A DNA stretch of 64,000 nt from Octopus vulgaris (GCA_951406725.2 OX597818.1:125178001-125242000); one strand, 5' to 3'. Counted from the first letter of the stretch, positions 12,909-26,916 are shown. Notes: generated from the letters alone by a model not told the origin. A program made the numbers and translations.

Positions 12909-13611
12909 GTTAACCCACACTGAGTAGATATCTTAGTTACTGATATCCAGCTTTTTAGGGAAGAATTCTGTTGATAGCTAAGAGGCGTTTTCGAGAAAGT
13001 GATGTTAGATCCTTCTCAATTGAAGGTTAACCAATAATTCTACCTGCTGTCTCACAATAAACAATATCCCTTGTGATACTATCAATATCACATACACTAA
13101 CCACGCCTTAGTCATGTAGTTATGCAATAGGGCCTTTTTAAAAGATGAATGATTGTTGAACACGCTTCCATGTGGCGATGTACTTTCCTCTTATCTGCGT
13201 CTAGAATGGTGGTCGCTGTCAGCGTTTATCAATGGATATATTGGATAGGATAAACCAAAAAACCACACACAGACACACACACAAATTACACAAAAACACA
13301 CATACAACACAAACTGACATACGCTCACAGACACTTAATACATATCTGCACGTATGTATGTATGTATGTATGTATGTATGTATGTATGTATGTATGTATG
13401 TATGTATGTATGTATGTATGTATGTGTATGTGTGCGTATTTATGTAGAAGTGTGTGTGCGCGTGTATGTATGTAGAAGTGTGTGTGCGCGTGTATGTATA
13501 CACGCGAAAATATTATACATATACATACTTATAAATATATATTTGTTTGTACATAAAATATGTATATACACACACATGTAAATACCAATATGTATATGCG
13601 TATATATGTAA

Positions 13612-13642
<31 letters not shown>

Positions 13643-13903
13643 TATACATACATGTATGTGATATATAGTATATATATGTTTGTGTGTATGTACGTGTGTG
13701 TGTGCATACACACACAGGCACACACACATACACACACATATTGAAAGAAAGGGTGAAAGAGAGAAATGTGTGTGTGTGTGTGTGTCTGTATTGATAATTT
13801 ACAAGGGAAATGTCGCTTAACACTTGAGGTTTTTGACGTAATATCATGCCAAGCTCCTTCCTACTTTCTCAAGCGCAACCACCTACTACTACTTCCTTTC
13901 TTC

Positions 13904-13944
<41 letters not shown>

Positions 13945-14089
13945 AAGCACACACACACAGAAGCACACACACACAGAAGCACACATACCCGCATAGATAA
14001 ACACATACATACATGTGTATTTTCCTTTCTTTCACACACACACACACACACACACAATCACAAATACATATTTTCAGAATTACTAGGGC

Positions 14090-14132
<43 letters not shown>

Positions 14133-14140
14133 TACATACA

Positions 14141-14174
<34 letters not shown>

Positions 14175-14765
14175 CGTATGTGTGTGTGTGTGTGTGAGTG
14201 CGTGAAAATAAATACTCAATTATATATAATTTTAATTAAGCACTTTGGAATACGTAATCTTGAGATAATTTGATTGTGAAAAAAATCTGTTTTTTCAATA
14301 CATATTGTATTTTACTGGAATGTACTTTTGAAATAAATGCAACGTAAACGGAATAACGCAGTCTCTACTATTTATTGCTACTACTATACATCTCTCCGCT
14401 TTTGTGAAATACACAAACACACACATTTATGTACCAATATGTATATACATATATACATACATGTGTGTGTGTATATATATATTTATTTATGTATCAATAT
14501 GTATGTACACACACATACACACACACACACAGAGTCCTGTACTTGTCGTTAAATTTTTGTTTTTCCCGTTTCTACGTCTTGTTGTGGCGTCCTGTACTTA
14601 CGTATATTTATTTATATATGCATGTATATATACATGTAGATGTAGGTACGTACATATATGTTTGTATGTATGCATATATTTTTAATTATCACATTATTGT
14701 CTGACAGCGCCCCGCGCCAGGTTCGTTTCGATTTGTCGGTTCGTTCCACTTCTTGTCTCCATTCA

Positions 14766-14796
<31 letters not shown>

Positions 14797-14797
14797 A

Positions 14798-15093
14798 GCA
14801 CACCGTCGGTTACGATGGCAAGGGTTCCAGTTGAACCGGTCAACAGAACAGTCTGCTTGTGAAATTAACTTGCAAGTGGTTGAGCACTCTACAGACAGGC
14901 GTGCCCTTAACGTAGTTCTCAGCGTGACACAGAGTGTGATACAGCCGGCCCTCTGAAATCCATGCACTAATCATTTTTGCCAGTTGAGTGGAATTAGGTG
15001 TCTTGCTCAAGGGCACAACCCGTCGCCGAGAATTGAGCTCATGACCTCATGACCGTGAGCCGATTACCCTAACCACTAAGCCACGCGCCTTCA
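14798..15093 (-). mobile_element. tRNA-derived SINE (older family C relative)
   Basis: Reverse complement homologous to 12592-12908. Confidence 0.7.
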
Positions 15094-15142
15094 CGTATAT
15101 GTGCGTATACAAATATATATCTATATCTATATCTATCTATCC

Positions 15143-15220
<78 letters not shown>

Positions 15221-15452
15221 ATATATATATCTACTTATGTATGTATGTATGTATGTATGTATGTATGTATGTATGTATGTATCTATCTATCTATCTATAT
15301 ATATATATATACATGTACTATACAAATATATATATATATATATCTATATATATATATATATATATACATGTACTATACAAATATATATATATATATATAT
15401 ATATATCTGCATACATATACACAGACATATACACGTGTATGTATGTATGTAA

Positions 15453-15504
<52 letters not shown>

Positions 15505-15984
15505 GCATACATAATAATAATAAGAAGAAAATGGGTTCAGAATTTTATCATGGTAAAAAGTAAGACAGTATTTACATTTCTAGCCAAGCAGCTACTAGTT
15601 TCGATCGTTTTGAGATGATGATCTAGTCAAACTGAAATAAAAGGGAAACTAAAATGAAATAAATTAAATCTGATTAATTTTCTTAATATCAGTTCCGGAA
15701 GTTCAGACGTTCTTCTTATAAAGAATTATGTGGTGCTGTATTACGTTTCCTCCGATTGTTGCCGGGTGGAAGTTGACAGCAGAAGTCTCTGCCTTACCCT
15801 CACATTTACTCATGCAAGCACACACACACACACACACATTGTGGAAGCCGCTTATTATAATCACGTATAATGTTATTCAAATTTTGTACTTCCCTCTGCT
15901 AAATGCTATCAAGCAAATAGCTTTCATCATACATAGTAGCACTCCGTCGGTGACGACGAGTGTTCCAGTCGACCCGATCAATTC

Positions 15985-16270
15985 AGACTATGAATTCATA
16001 TTGATACCAATAATAATTGCAGCACTAGGTTTTGTTAGTAAATGCTTAAAGGAGAATCTGGATAAACTGGGATTTTCAGACAGAGAAATCGACCGGCTAA
16101 TTCGTACATTACAAGTGCGATGGAACAAGTGAGTGGAACAGTAAAAATATGCAAGACTTTTCTCAAGATCCAAATGTGAATTAGTCCGTGTTAACTACAT
16201 TCCAAAGATGGAGTCTTGCAGCTTTGTTGGAAACCGGCTCCTTCCTCGGTGGAAGATTTCTAATAATTAA
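15985..16270 (+). mobile_element. 3' end of an RLE-type (R4-like) non-LTR retrotransposon
   Basis: IPIIIAALGFVSKCLKENLDKLGF...LQ, then (frameshifted) SGTVKICKTFLK, typical of RLE C-termini. Confidence 0.6.
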
Positions 16271-16449
16271 AAAATAGAAGAGACATTCATACATACATAC
16301 ATACATACATACATACATACATACATACATACATACATACATACATACATACATACATACATACATTCATATATACATACATACGCATACGCACACAAAT
16401 ACACATAAATACACACATATTTAAATATCAAGCTACATCAATGAAAGAG

Positions 16450-17265
16450 AAAGAGCAATCTTGGTGAATTGTTGCTTTAAACAGAATTCTTTTCCCTGCT
16501 GCTCTAATGTATGAAATTTCTATCTTATGACTCGCTTGCAGCATAATTTTTCTTGAACACTGGCATTAGGTTTCTTGCAGCCTTTCTTGCTACGCAGAAC
16601 TCGTCGATGTTTGCGGTCCTCCAGGACGATTATTGTGACTATACTTATTTCTTTATTGCCCACAAGGGGCTAAACACAGAGGGGACAAACAAGGACAGAT
16701 AAACGGATTAAGTCGATTTCATCGACCCCAGTGCATAACTGGTACTTGATTTATCGACCCCGAAAGAATGAAAGGCAAAGTCGACCTCGGCGGAATTTGA
16801 ACTCAGAACGTAACGGCAGACGAAATACCTATTTCTTTACTACCCACAAGGGGCTAAACACAGAGGGGACAAACAAGGACAGACAAACGGATTAAGTCGA
16901 TTATATTGACCCCAGTGCGTAACAAGTACTTATTTAATCGACCACGAAAGGATGAAAGGCAAAGTCGACCTCGGCAGAATTTGAACTCAGAGCGTAGCGG
17001 CAGACGAAATACCGCTAAGCATTTCGCCCGGCGTGCTTAACGTTTCTGCCAGCTCGCCGCCTTATGGCTATTCTTGTGGTTATTCTGTTTCATCGGCTTC
17101 AAGCTTATGTCTCATTCGAGTAATGGTAAGTCCCGTTGGCGGATCTGTTTGAAACTCACCCCTAGACTGTCTTTACATTTCGACTGCATTTTCAAGCTTC
17201 CAGTAATATTTTAGGAAAAATTTCCTTTGTTCAAAACTTGGTCTGGCTCCTTTCATTATTTCTAC
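16450..17265 (-). mobile_element. Degenerate Tc1/mariner transposase N-terminus (DUF4817-like HTH), split by a SINE
   Basis: Minus strand near 17090-17256 reads MKGARPSFEQRKFFLKYYWKLENAVEM*RQSRGEFQTDPPTGLTITRMRHKLEAD. Confidence 0.6.
16644..17061 (-). mobile_element. SINE family B, dimeric
   Basis: Head GGCGGCGAGCTGGCAGAAAC plus two ~184-bp units containing GCCTTTCATCCTTTCGGGGTCGATAAA (recalled as Meta-domain-like). Confidence 0.88.
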
Positions 17266-17472
17266 TGGGTTGAATCAAAAAGGAAATGAAAATTGAGTTA
17301 CCAGCTGTTACGTGGTGTATACATTTTCTCGGATACTACGTGTGTACGCATGCATGTGTGTGTGTGTTGTGTGTATTTGTATGTGTGTATATATACATGC
17401 ATGTATGTATGTATACATAAATACATACACACATATATATATATATATGTATATATATATGTATGTACAACA

Positions 17473-17546
<74 letters not shown>

Positions 17547-17879
17547 ATATATATATATATATATCCATCCATCTATCTATCTGTCTGTATGTCTGTCTAC
17601 CTCTCTGTCAATGCATACACACACACACACACATATATACACACAAGAGTTACGGAATGGAGTAGGAAAAATCAGGTCTACATGTTTCATAGCGAGTAGA
17701 ACCTCAGAAGTTGTAAAACCCAAGTGAGGTGTATACCGCCGGCTGCTCTTCAGACTAAGGCTGCCTTGATTTGATTAAAAGTTACATTGTCGCAAGGAGG
17801 AATATGTTGACGCAAAGAAGAATCAGTTAGATTGCTCGAAGCTAACCTTCTTCCTACGACTCGATCCCTAGATCTTACA

Positions 17880-18067
17880 TTTGTATGTGAATCGTTGGCG
17901 ATTTTCTTCTTCAGTCTTCATTTCTATTAGACTTTCCTCTGTTTCCGAAGAAGAGCGTCTGCTCGAAACGTTAAACCATCTTTCTTTGCTTCACTGAGCG
18001 TCTGCTAATACTTTACATGTACTACGTCCTCGCGTTGTTGTTTTTTGTGCTTGTTCTTTTTGGAATT

Positions 18068-18070
<3 letters not shown>
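17880..18070 (+). mobile_element. Penelope-like terminal module P1, hammerhead-like motif 17941-17976
   Basis: GTTT-CCGAAGA-AGAGCGTCTGCTC-GAAAC-GTT-AAAC; ends in (TA)n. Confidence 0.6.
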
Positions 18071-18114
<44 letters not shown>

Positions 18115-18115
<1 letters not shown>

Positions 18116-18517
18116 TCTTTTATTCTTTTATTCTTTTACTTGTTTCAGTCATTTGACTGCGGCCATGCTGGAGCACCGCCTTTTAGTCGAGCAAATCGAC
18201 CCCGGTACTTATTCTTTGTAAGCCCAGTACTTATTCTATCGGTCTCTTTTTGCCGAACCGCTAAGTGACGGGGACGTAAACACACCAGCATCGGTTGTCA
18301 AGCAAAGCTAGGGGGACAAACACAGACACACAAACACACACATATATATATATATACATATATACGACAAGCTTCTTTCAGTTTCTGTCTACCAAATCCA
18401 CTCACAAGGCATTGGTCGGCCCGGGGCTATAGCAGAAGACACTTACCCAAGATGCCACGCAGTGGGACTGAACCCGGAACCATGTGGTTGGTAAGGAAGC
18501 TACTTACCACACAGCCA
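18115..18517 (-). mobile_element. SINE family A
   Basis: Well conserved copy; extreme 5' end missing next to the Helitron-like element. Confidence 0.9.
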
Positions 18518-18521
18518 TATA

Positions 18522-18907
18522 TCTCTCTCTCTATATAAACGGCAGTTTGTCTGTGCATTTTCTGTGTGTCTGTTTTCTCGTACCCTCACTCTGACCACGG
18601 CTTTCAACCGATTCTGATGAAACTTGACACACACATAGCCCAATGTCATAATTCAAAACTAATGCAGCGAAAATTTTGAAAAGTTCCCCCAGTTCTGAAA
18701 AAAATCGATAAATTCGACATGGGGTCGAGAATCAGAAACCCAAACCACAGACCGTCTAGGGGACGCAACTCCACCTTTTTTAACTCTCAAAAAAAATTTA
18801 CCATCATTTTTTTCCCATTTTTTTGCTATTTTTTGGCTATAACTCTCTAAAAATGCTTTATAGTTATTTCCCTTACAAACCTGAGCAACGCCGGGCGATA
18901 CTGCTAG
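18522..18907 (+). mobile_element. Non-autonomous Helitron-like element
   Basis: 5' TC, 3' GC-rich hairpin CCTGAGCAACGCCGGG then CTAG; sits between A and T with no TSD; GTCTG-type repeats near the 5' end. Confidence 0.75.
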
Positions 18908-19131
18908 TATATATATATATGTATTCAACACAGTTAGGGAGAGGAAAAGCGGTATGGGGGGAAGTAGAGAATGAGAGACAAAGAGAGAGGGGGAGCAAAG
19001 AGAAAGAATATGCGTTTATATTTTATGACTTATATTCACGTATTTCTGTGTGCGCGAAAGTCACCGTGTACATGCATGCACGTGTGTGAATGTGCGTGCG
19101 TGCGCGTGAAAGTAATCATCTCCGTGTGTGA

Positions 19132-19190
<59 letters not shown>

Positions 19191-19211
19191 CATATATATA
19201 TACATATATAC

Positions 19212-19267
<56 letters not shown>

Positions 19268-19820
19268 TCATACGTACATATGTATGTGCATATATAAGTA
19301 TGTTTGTGAAACATGTGTTTTTGCGTACGTACATAAGAATATGAATATGCATATATAATATGTGCATGAAAGTAAAAACTTTCTACGTCAATGTGGATGG
19401 CTTGAATCTCAATTACCCGGATGTTGTAGTTGAGATATTTTCTACTGCAATACAGCAATAACCCTATGTCAGCAATTAGCACTCTCCTCTTTCATTGTAT
19501 TTCATTCAAAATAGTTTTGACCTCATTAAATACTTCTTGTTACTAAATAAATCTTCAAAGATGCTTTAAGACGTGTGAGTACTCACATACATACAGACAT
19601 ACATACATACATTCATATATACACACGCGCACATATATATCTGAGTGTATGAGCATGTATCTCACTGAATATGTTTAGGTGTGTGTATGAGATGTGCGTG
19701 CACACCGGTATATCACTGTGAATTTGAATTTATATAATTGCCTTGTTATGGTAAACGTATTTGTGTTACAATGCATACATACATACATGCATACATACAT
19801 ACATACATACATACATACAT

Positions 19821-19857
<37 letters not shown>

Positions 19858-19953
19858 AATGTATAAATGTGTGTATGTATGTATATATGTATGTATGTGT
19901 GTGCGCATGTCTTTGTATACATTTACATGACTATAAATATATGTGTGTATATA

Positions 19954-20165
19954 CAGTATCTCACAGAAGTATGTACACCCCTAAAAAGTTTCAGTAAAAT
20001 TGCCATTACTGCCACTATATTGAAAGAATTCAAATGAAATTCATACTGAGTAGAATATATTATGCATGCAAACATTATACAAATTTGGAACGCAAAACAA
20101 TTAAGATATGAACGAAATATTTATTTTCAAATGTTACAAAAATATGTACACCCTAAAAGAAATTT
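19954..20165 (+). mobile_element. Tc1 IR/DR-type terminal fragment
   Basis: TA-CAGTATCTCACAGAAGTATGTACACCCC, with TATGTACACCC repeated ~175 bp inside. Confidence 0.5.
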
Positions 20166-21138
20166 GCTAAATTCAATATTTTATCCACTTCTTTTTTTAC
20201 TTAACAGAAGTGTGTATAATTATGAATAAATCGCAATTATAACGGAGAGGGTTGCGAAAACCCTTGCATGTCTAGAAATAGCAGCAAAAACCGCTATAAA
20301 GTCACTATAACCACTCACAAACATTGATATATTCGTAAATAATTAATAAATGATTATGAATTGTTTATGATATGTCCTTCGTAATGTATTTCTACATTCC
20401 TCTTTAATTATATTATGACCCTCCCTGTCTGTATTCTTTCGGTTTCGTTGTATGTCTCCACTGTTATTTTTTTTGTTCCCAACATTGACCCTCCATAAAT
20501 CTTAAATTTTCTTTTAGAATTTATGGGAACTACTGTCTTTCAAGACTCATATTGCCGTTTGAATGCTCGAAATGAGGAGTAGACAGACAGCCGACAACTG
20601 ACGAAGGATCCTTTTTCTGTGTTAACTTGTCCTGTTTTCCAATTTTTTCTCGTTGTTTAGGTATTTCACTCGTTTTTGTCCTGTAGCTACTGTCCATGTC
20701 TCGTATATATCTCTTGTGTGTATGTTATTTGCATGTATCAGGGACGTGCCGCCTGGGCAGGGAAGGTAGGCAGTGCCTGTCCTGAATAAAATAGATCAAT
20801 AGTAACATTTCCCATTTATAGCAAAATTTTCACGTAATTTAATAAGATTATGAAGGTTACTCTGGTTACAAAATATTCTATATTTTTTTTGTAGATTAGG
20901 TAGGCATAATTCGCCCCTGCCTTTCAATCTCAGTATTAAAGCTACGCCTAAGACTGCTGTAGTACACGTGCTGTGTACATTCCTACAACAACGTTTTCTT
21001 TATGCGCTATAAAGGCAGAAGTAAATCTGCCTATAACTCAATCGCGCGCCTGTGTTTCGCTTTTCTTGTGTGTTTTACTACATAAACGTTACCAACTGCG
21101 TACCCTGAGCAATTACTGACGGCATGTGCCTGGCATGT

Positions 21139-21200
<62 letters not shown>

Positions 21201-21287
21201 TCCTGCGTCCATATTTCCTGAGCGCCTATTAATAATAATACTGTAATTGTTCCACTGTTGTTGTTTTTTTGTTTTCCCGTTTGGATT

Positions 21288-21326
<39 letters not shown>

Positions 21327-21556
21327 TATATACATATATAGTTGTGCATACTTACATATACATGTATACACATATGCACATATGGGTATAAAACGTAAAC
21401 AAAATACGAAATACGAAAACATACGATATGAACTTTTTTGCGAACAACGGAAGAAACAAATGGAAAACAAGACAAGTAGCAGTTGTCGGCTGTTTTATCC
21501 ATTCCACATTTCGAGCAATATTATATATTTATTTATGTGTGTGTAGTATACATACA

Positions 21557-21646
<90 letters not shown>

Positions 21647-21782
21647 TATACATATACATATATATAATGTATATATATATTATATATGCATACATATATA
21701 TATATATGTATATGTATGTATGTATAATATATATATGCATTATATATACATATACATATATATAATGCATATATGTACTATC

Positions 21783-21872
<90 letters not shown>

Positions 21873-22030
21873 AATATATAATTGAGTAGTTGAATGAATT
21901 ATCTTATTATGGATAATTCGGTTAACCGATACCTGGGTAGCAAATTCACGTCAGAAAAACACGGTTGAAGCTACATGCCTAGGGCAGAGATCACGTGGAA
22001 ATTTGTGTGTTTTTTTTTAAATACAAATAA

Positions 22031-22396
22031 ATGAAAGAATGGAGTTGAACGACGAATTAACAAAATTCCTTTATTTTATTTTCGACATATGTTTCGAAGG
22101 CTGCATATTCCTAATTTCGAAGGAATAAGGGGTGCATTATGCCACCTTCTCATCAGGAATAGTAAGGAACTTATGTCAGCATCAAGATGCACAAAAATTA
22201 TCGCTATGGGCACCGTGTGGGCAGGCATCTAAACATGTTTGTGCATCTTGATGCTGACATAAGTTCCTTACTTTTCCTGATGAGAAGGCGGCATAATGCA
22301 CCCCTTATTCCTTCGAAATTAGGAATATGCAGCCTTCGAAACATATGTCGAAAATAAAATAAAGGAATTTTGTTAATTCGTCGTTCAACTCCATTC

Positions 22397-22402
<6 letters not shown>
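22031..22402. repeat. Long inverted repeat (165-bp arms, 42-bp spacer, 2 mismatches) abutting (TA)n
   Basis: 22031-22195 is the reverse complement of 22238-22402. Confidence 0.97.
22272..22354 (+). ncRNA. Type I hammerhead ribozyme motif (mirror copy on the - strand at ~22079-22161)
   Basis: TTTTC-CTGATGA-GAAGGC...GCCTTC-GAAAC-ATAT-GTC-GAAAA: full catalytic core, helices I and II paired, GUC cleavage triplet, palindromic helix III. Confidence 0.82.
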
Positions 22403-22450
<48 letters not shown>

Positions 22451-22469
22451 ACACACTTACAACCCCACC

Positions 22470-23646
22470 CAGAGTCGGCTGAAAAGTTTTGAGGCTAGCC
22501 AAGATACTCTCATGGAATGTGACCAATTTTTTAAACATACTATCTCTTGCAGTCCACACACTACTTCCATCGGTGCTGCAGTGCTTGGATCCCATTGGTG
22601 AAGAAGCTTTCATCCTGTTAGTAAAAAAAGTCATCACCAACAGATGTAGCATCATCATCACTGCAGTACTGATTCCCAGTCAAGTATTTTTTCGCGTTGA
22701 GTAACATATGATAGTCAGATGAGGCCAAATCAGGAGAATAATCAGGGTGATCAACCAGTTCAGAGCCACAGTCCGGCATGGTAGTAGTTGAAATCAAAGA
22801 CTTGTATGCTAGAGTATAGTCCCAATGAAACAACACCCCTATCGTCAGTTTTCTTGATCGCTTGGTCTTGATAGCCTTTCGTACCTGCCTGAGCAAGTTG
22901 ACACAGTACTCTCCATTGGCACTTTTGAATATAGTCGTCTCAAAAACTGTAGATGAAATGATCTTGGCCTTCTTTGGAGCAGGTGAAGAAGGGTGTTTCC
23001 ACTGCATGGATTACCTCTTTGTCTCTGGCTCAAAGTGATGAACCCAATACTCATCCTGGGTTAGAAAACGTTCAAAGAAACCAGCTGGATCTGTCTCAAA
23101 CAATGTCAGATTTTCCCATGATGTGATCAGCTTGGTCGCTTTTGATCATGTGTCAGATGTGGAACCCACCGAACAGAAACCTTCGTCATATCAAGTTCAT
23201 TGTGCAGAATATTCTCAACTCTCTCGCAGGATGTGCTAATAGCATTGGCTCTTTGATTTATAGTCAATCGGCTGTCATCCATCACCATATGCTGAACACA
23301 GTTAATGCTTTCCTCAGTGGAGGGCAGCTGCAGGATGTCCAAACCTTGGGTCGTCTTTAAGACCCTTCCTCTTCAAAATCCAGCTGCATACCTTTGCACT
23401 GTTGATAAATCTGGAGCATCATTCCCTAATGTAGCAACCATGTCAGCATGAATGTCCTTGGCGTCTAAACCCGATGCCAAATTTTGTCCATTTTCAAGAA
23501 AAGTTGCTACTAGTTACTTTTGAAGTGTTCTTTGAACAGTAAAATGTCGGTTTACATGAAAAAAAACAATGAAATTGTTAATAAGAAGTGTTGAAATTAA
23601 TACATGCAAGATTTCACAGCTCTATGAACTTTTCAGCCCACCCTCG
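22470..23646 (-). mobile_element. Degenerate near-full-length mariner transposon
   Basis: Minus-strand fragments WVPHLT, MQWKHPSSPAPKKAK, HPDYSPDLASSDY; inverted GGCTGAAAAGTT termini. Confidence 0.88.
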
Positions 23647-23667
23647 AATATACGTATATACATACAT

Positions 23668-23698
<31 letters not shown>

Positions 23699-23942
23699 CA
23701 TACACATAGATGTACAAACACACATATGTGGGTGTATACTTATACATACACATATATATGTGCGACGGTGTGAGTGTATGTATGGATGTATTCTAGACGA
23801 TGTACTTTTATAAATAATAAAAGTCTAAGTATCGTCATCCTCCTCTTCAGAAAAAGGGAATCAAGTTGTCACCCACACATTTAAGACATTGTAATAATTT
23901 CTTTTGAAAGCACACACACACACATACACATACACACACACA

Positions 23943-24011
<69 letters not shown>

Positions 24012-24278
24012 CCACACTCTAATTAACATTTATATTCATGCGTATTAAAGCGGCGAATTCGTATATTCATTAAAATGTCAGGCGGAATGCCTCTCAGTAT
24101 ATAGTTTCCTTTCGACTGGCTTTTTTAAATGTACACACGTCTTCGGAATACTCAGCCACTTGAACACTGACATCAATTTCGCAAGTAGCAATTCAGTTGG
24201 TCAAACAACTGAATTTTCCTCGTTGAAACCGACGGAAAACCCACTCATTTCTCATTTGACAATACCTTCATTTCTATT

Positions 24279-24760
24279 CCTTCCTTCCTTCCTTCCTTCC
24301 TTCCTTCCTTCTTCCTTCCTTCTTTCCTTCTGTCCTTCCTTCTGTCCTTCCTGCCTTCCTTCCTTCTGTCCTTCCTTCCTTCCTTCCTTCCTTCCTTCCT
24401 TCCTTCCTTCCTTCCTTCCTTCCTTCCTTCCTTCCTTCCTTCCTTCCTTCCTTCCTTCCTTCCTTCCTTCCTTCCTTCCTTCCTTCCTTCCTTCCTTCTG
24501 TCCTTCCTTCCCGCCTTCTTTCCTTCCTTCTGTCCTTCCTTCCTTCCTTCTGTCCTTCCTTCCTTCCTTCCTTCCTTCTTTCCTTCCTTCCTTCCTTCCT
24601 TCTGTCCTTCCTTCCTTCCTTCTGTCCTTCCTTCCTTCCTTCTGTCCTTCCTTTCCTCCTTCCTTCCTTCCTTCCTTCCTTCCTTCCTTCCTTCCTTCCT
24701 TCCTTCCTTCCTTCCTTCCTTCCTTTCCTTCCTTCCTTCCTTCCTTCCTTCCTTCCTTCC
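24279..24760. repeat. (CCTT)n polypyrimidine tract
   Basis: ~480 bp of CCTT with CTGT variants. Confidence 0.97.
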
Positions 24761-25392
24761 TCCCTCGATTATAAGACGCTTTCTTTTCCCATGGCTCTTA
24801 CCATTTATTTTCTTTCTGAAACTAAAGCATATTTTGTTTTGATAAACAACATCGCAGCCGTGGCTATGTTGTTAAAAAGCTTGCTTCCCAACAATATGGT
24901 TTAGGGTTCAGTGCCACCATGCGGCACCTTGGAGAAATATCCTCAAACATACATTCAGGCTGACCAAAGCCTTCAGAGTGCATTTGGTCTACAAATGTGT
25001 GCGTGTGTGTGTGTGTGTGTGTATTTATGTGTGCACGCGCATATATGTGTATGTATGTGAGGCGACTTCCCACCCGGACTTTTACTCCGGATGGGATCCT
25101 CTTAGGTGAACCCATGGTCATTCGTGACCGACGAAGTCAAGATATATCTATGAATATACGCGTGTCTTTGTATTTGTCGCCAGCCCACTGCTTGACAACG
25201 GGGGTTGGTTTCTTTATGCCAGCATAAGCTAGCTATTCGGCAAAAGGTACCGATGAAATTAATGCCATGTAAGAACTGAGATCGACTCGGTCGACTAAAA
25301 CCTTCAACGCAATGCATCAGTATGGCCGCAAATTTAATGACAGAAACAAGTATAAGGTAAAAAGTAATAAATGAATAAAAGCTATGTAAATA

Positions 25393-25555
25393 GGCGCAGG
25401 GGTGACTGAGTGGTAAGAAGATTGCTTCCCAACCACATGGTTCCGGGTTCAGTCCCACTGCGTGACACCTTGGGCAAGTGTCTTCTACTATAGCCTTGGG
25501 CCGACCAAAGTCTTCTAACTGGATTTGGTGGACGGAAACTGAAAGAAGCCCGTCG

Positions 25556-25598
<43 letters not shown>

Positions 25599-25616
25599 AT
25601 ATGTGAGTGTGTGTGT

Positions 25617-25653
<37 letters not shown>

Positions 25654-26030
25654 TTTGAGTCTGTGTTTGTCCCACCACCATCGCTTGATAGTCGATGTTG
25701 GTGTGTTTACGTCCCCGTAATATAGTGGTTCGGCAAAAGATACCGATAGAAAAAGTACTAGGCTTACAAAGAACAAGTCCTAGGGTCGTTTTGTTCGACT
25801 AAAGGGTGTGCTTCGAAAGTTTTAAAAATACAACTAAAATATTGCTTACGGCCATATCAGGTTGAAAGCACCAGTTCTCGTCCGATCACCGAAGTTAAGC
25901 AACGTGGAGCCTAGTTAGTACTTAGATGGGTGACCACTTGGGAAACCTAGGTGCTGTAAGCGTCACACATTTTGTAAAGGCAGTGCTCCAGCATGGCCGC
26001 TGTCAAATGACTGAAACAAGTAAAAGTAAA
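25393..26030 (+). mobile_element. SINE family A interrupted by a 5S rDNA insert
   Basis: Family A sequence runs to ...TTCGACTAAAGG, is interrupted for 169 bp, and resumes TAAAGGCAGTGCTCCAGCATGG. Confidence 0.88.
25844..25963 (+). rRNA. 5S rRNA: 5S rRNA gene copy (probably a dispersed pseudogene)
   Basis: GCTTACGGCCATA...TCTCGTCCGATCACCGAAGTTAAGCAACG...TTAGTACTTAGATGGGTGACC...GGTGCTGTAAGC; ends pair (GCTTACGGC/GCTGTAAGC); box A and box C present; T4 at 25970-25973. Confidence 0.92.
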
Positions 26031-26512
26031 ATTTTTACTAGCTAACAATTCCACATCTTATTTACCTATAAGCATACTTGTAAATCAAGCAAATAAAATT
26101 GCTACTTTGGTCGCATGATATGGATACAGTGATATATTGTATTTATAATTACCTTCTTTCTTCTTCCGTTTAGTATCAGGTTTTGGTTCTGAACGTCTCT
26201 CTTCTCTCCGTCAGCTCTTGCTTCTCATTATTCAATCGATTGAAACTAATTGTGAAACAGTAACTGAAATTATATATGCGTGGCGACACTTCATCCATCC
26301 TCATGAAATTAATTAAATCAATTAACCATATTAAATTATAGTATTTAATTGACATGGTTATTCGAACTTACCACCAAGTGCATAATACCCGCGCTCTGAG
26401 AAGGGAGTGATTTATGAGAAGTGCTTAACATAAATTACCCCCTTATTTCTCATTGGTTGGATATGTACATTTTGTAAATGTCACTATAGAATGTATTAGT
26501 TTATTCCAAGCA

Positions 26513-26916
26513 GGCGCAGGAGTGGCTGTGTGGTAAGTAGCTTGCTAACCAACCACATGGTTCCGGTTTCAGTCCGACTGCGTGGCATCTTGGGCAAGTG
26601 TCTTCCGTTATAGCCCCGGGCCGACCAATGCCTTGTGAGTGGATTTGGTAGACGGAAACTGAAAGAAGCCTGTCGTATATATCTATATATATGTGTGTGT
26701 GTGTGTGTTTGTGTGTCTGTGTTTGTCCCCCTAGCATTACTTGACAACCGATGCTGGTGTGTTTACGTCCCCGTCACTTAGCGGTTCGGCAAAGAGACCG
26801 ATAAAATAAGTACTGGGCTTACAAAGAATAAGTCCCGGGGTCGATTTGCTCGACTAAAGGCGGTGCTCCCGCATGGCCGCAGTCAAATGACTGAAACAAG
26901 TAAAAGAGTAAAAGAG
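26513..26916 (+). mobile_element. SINE family A, full length
   Basis: GGCGCAGGAGTGGCTGTGTGG head through the AAAAGAG tail. Confidence 0.92.
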
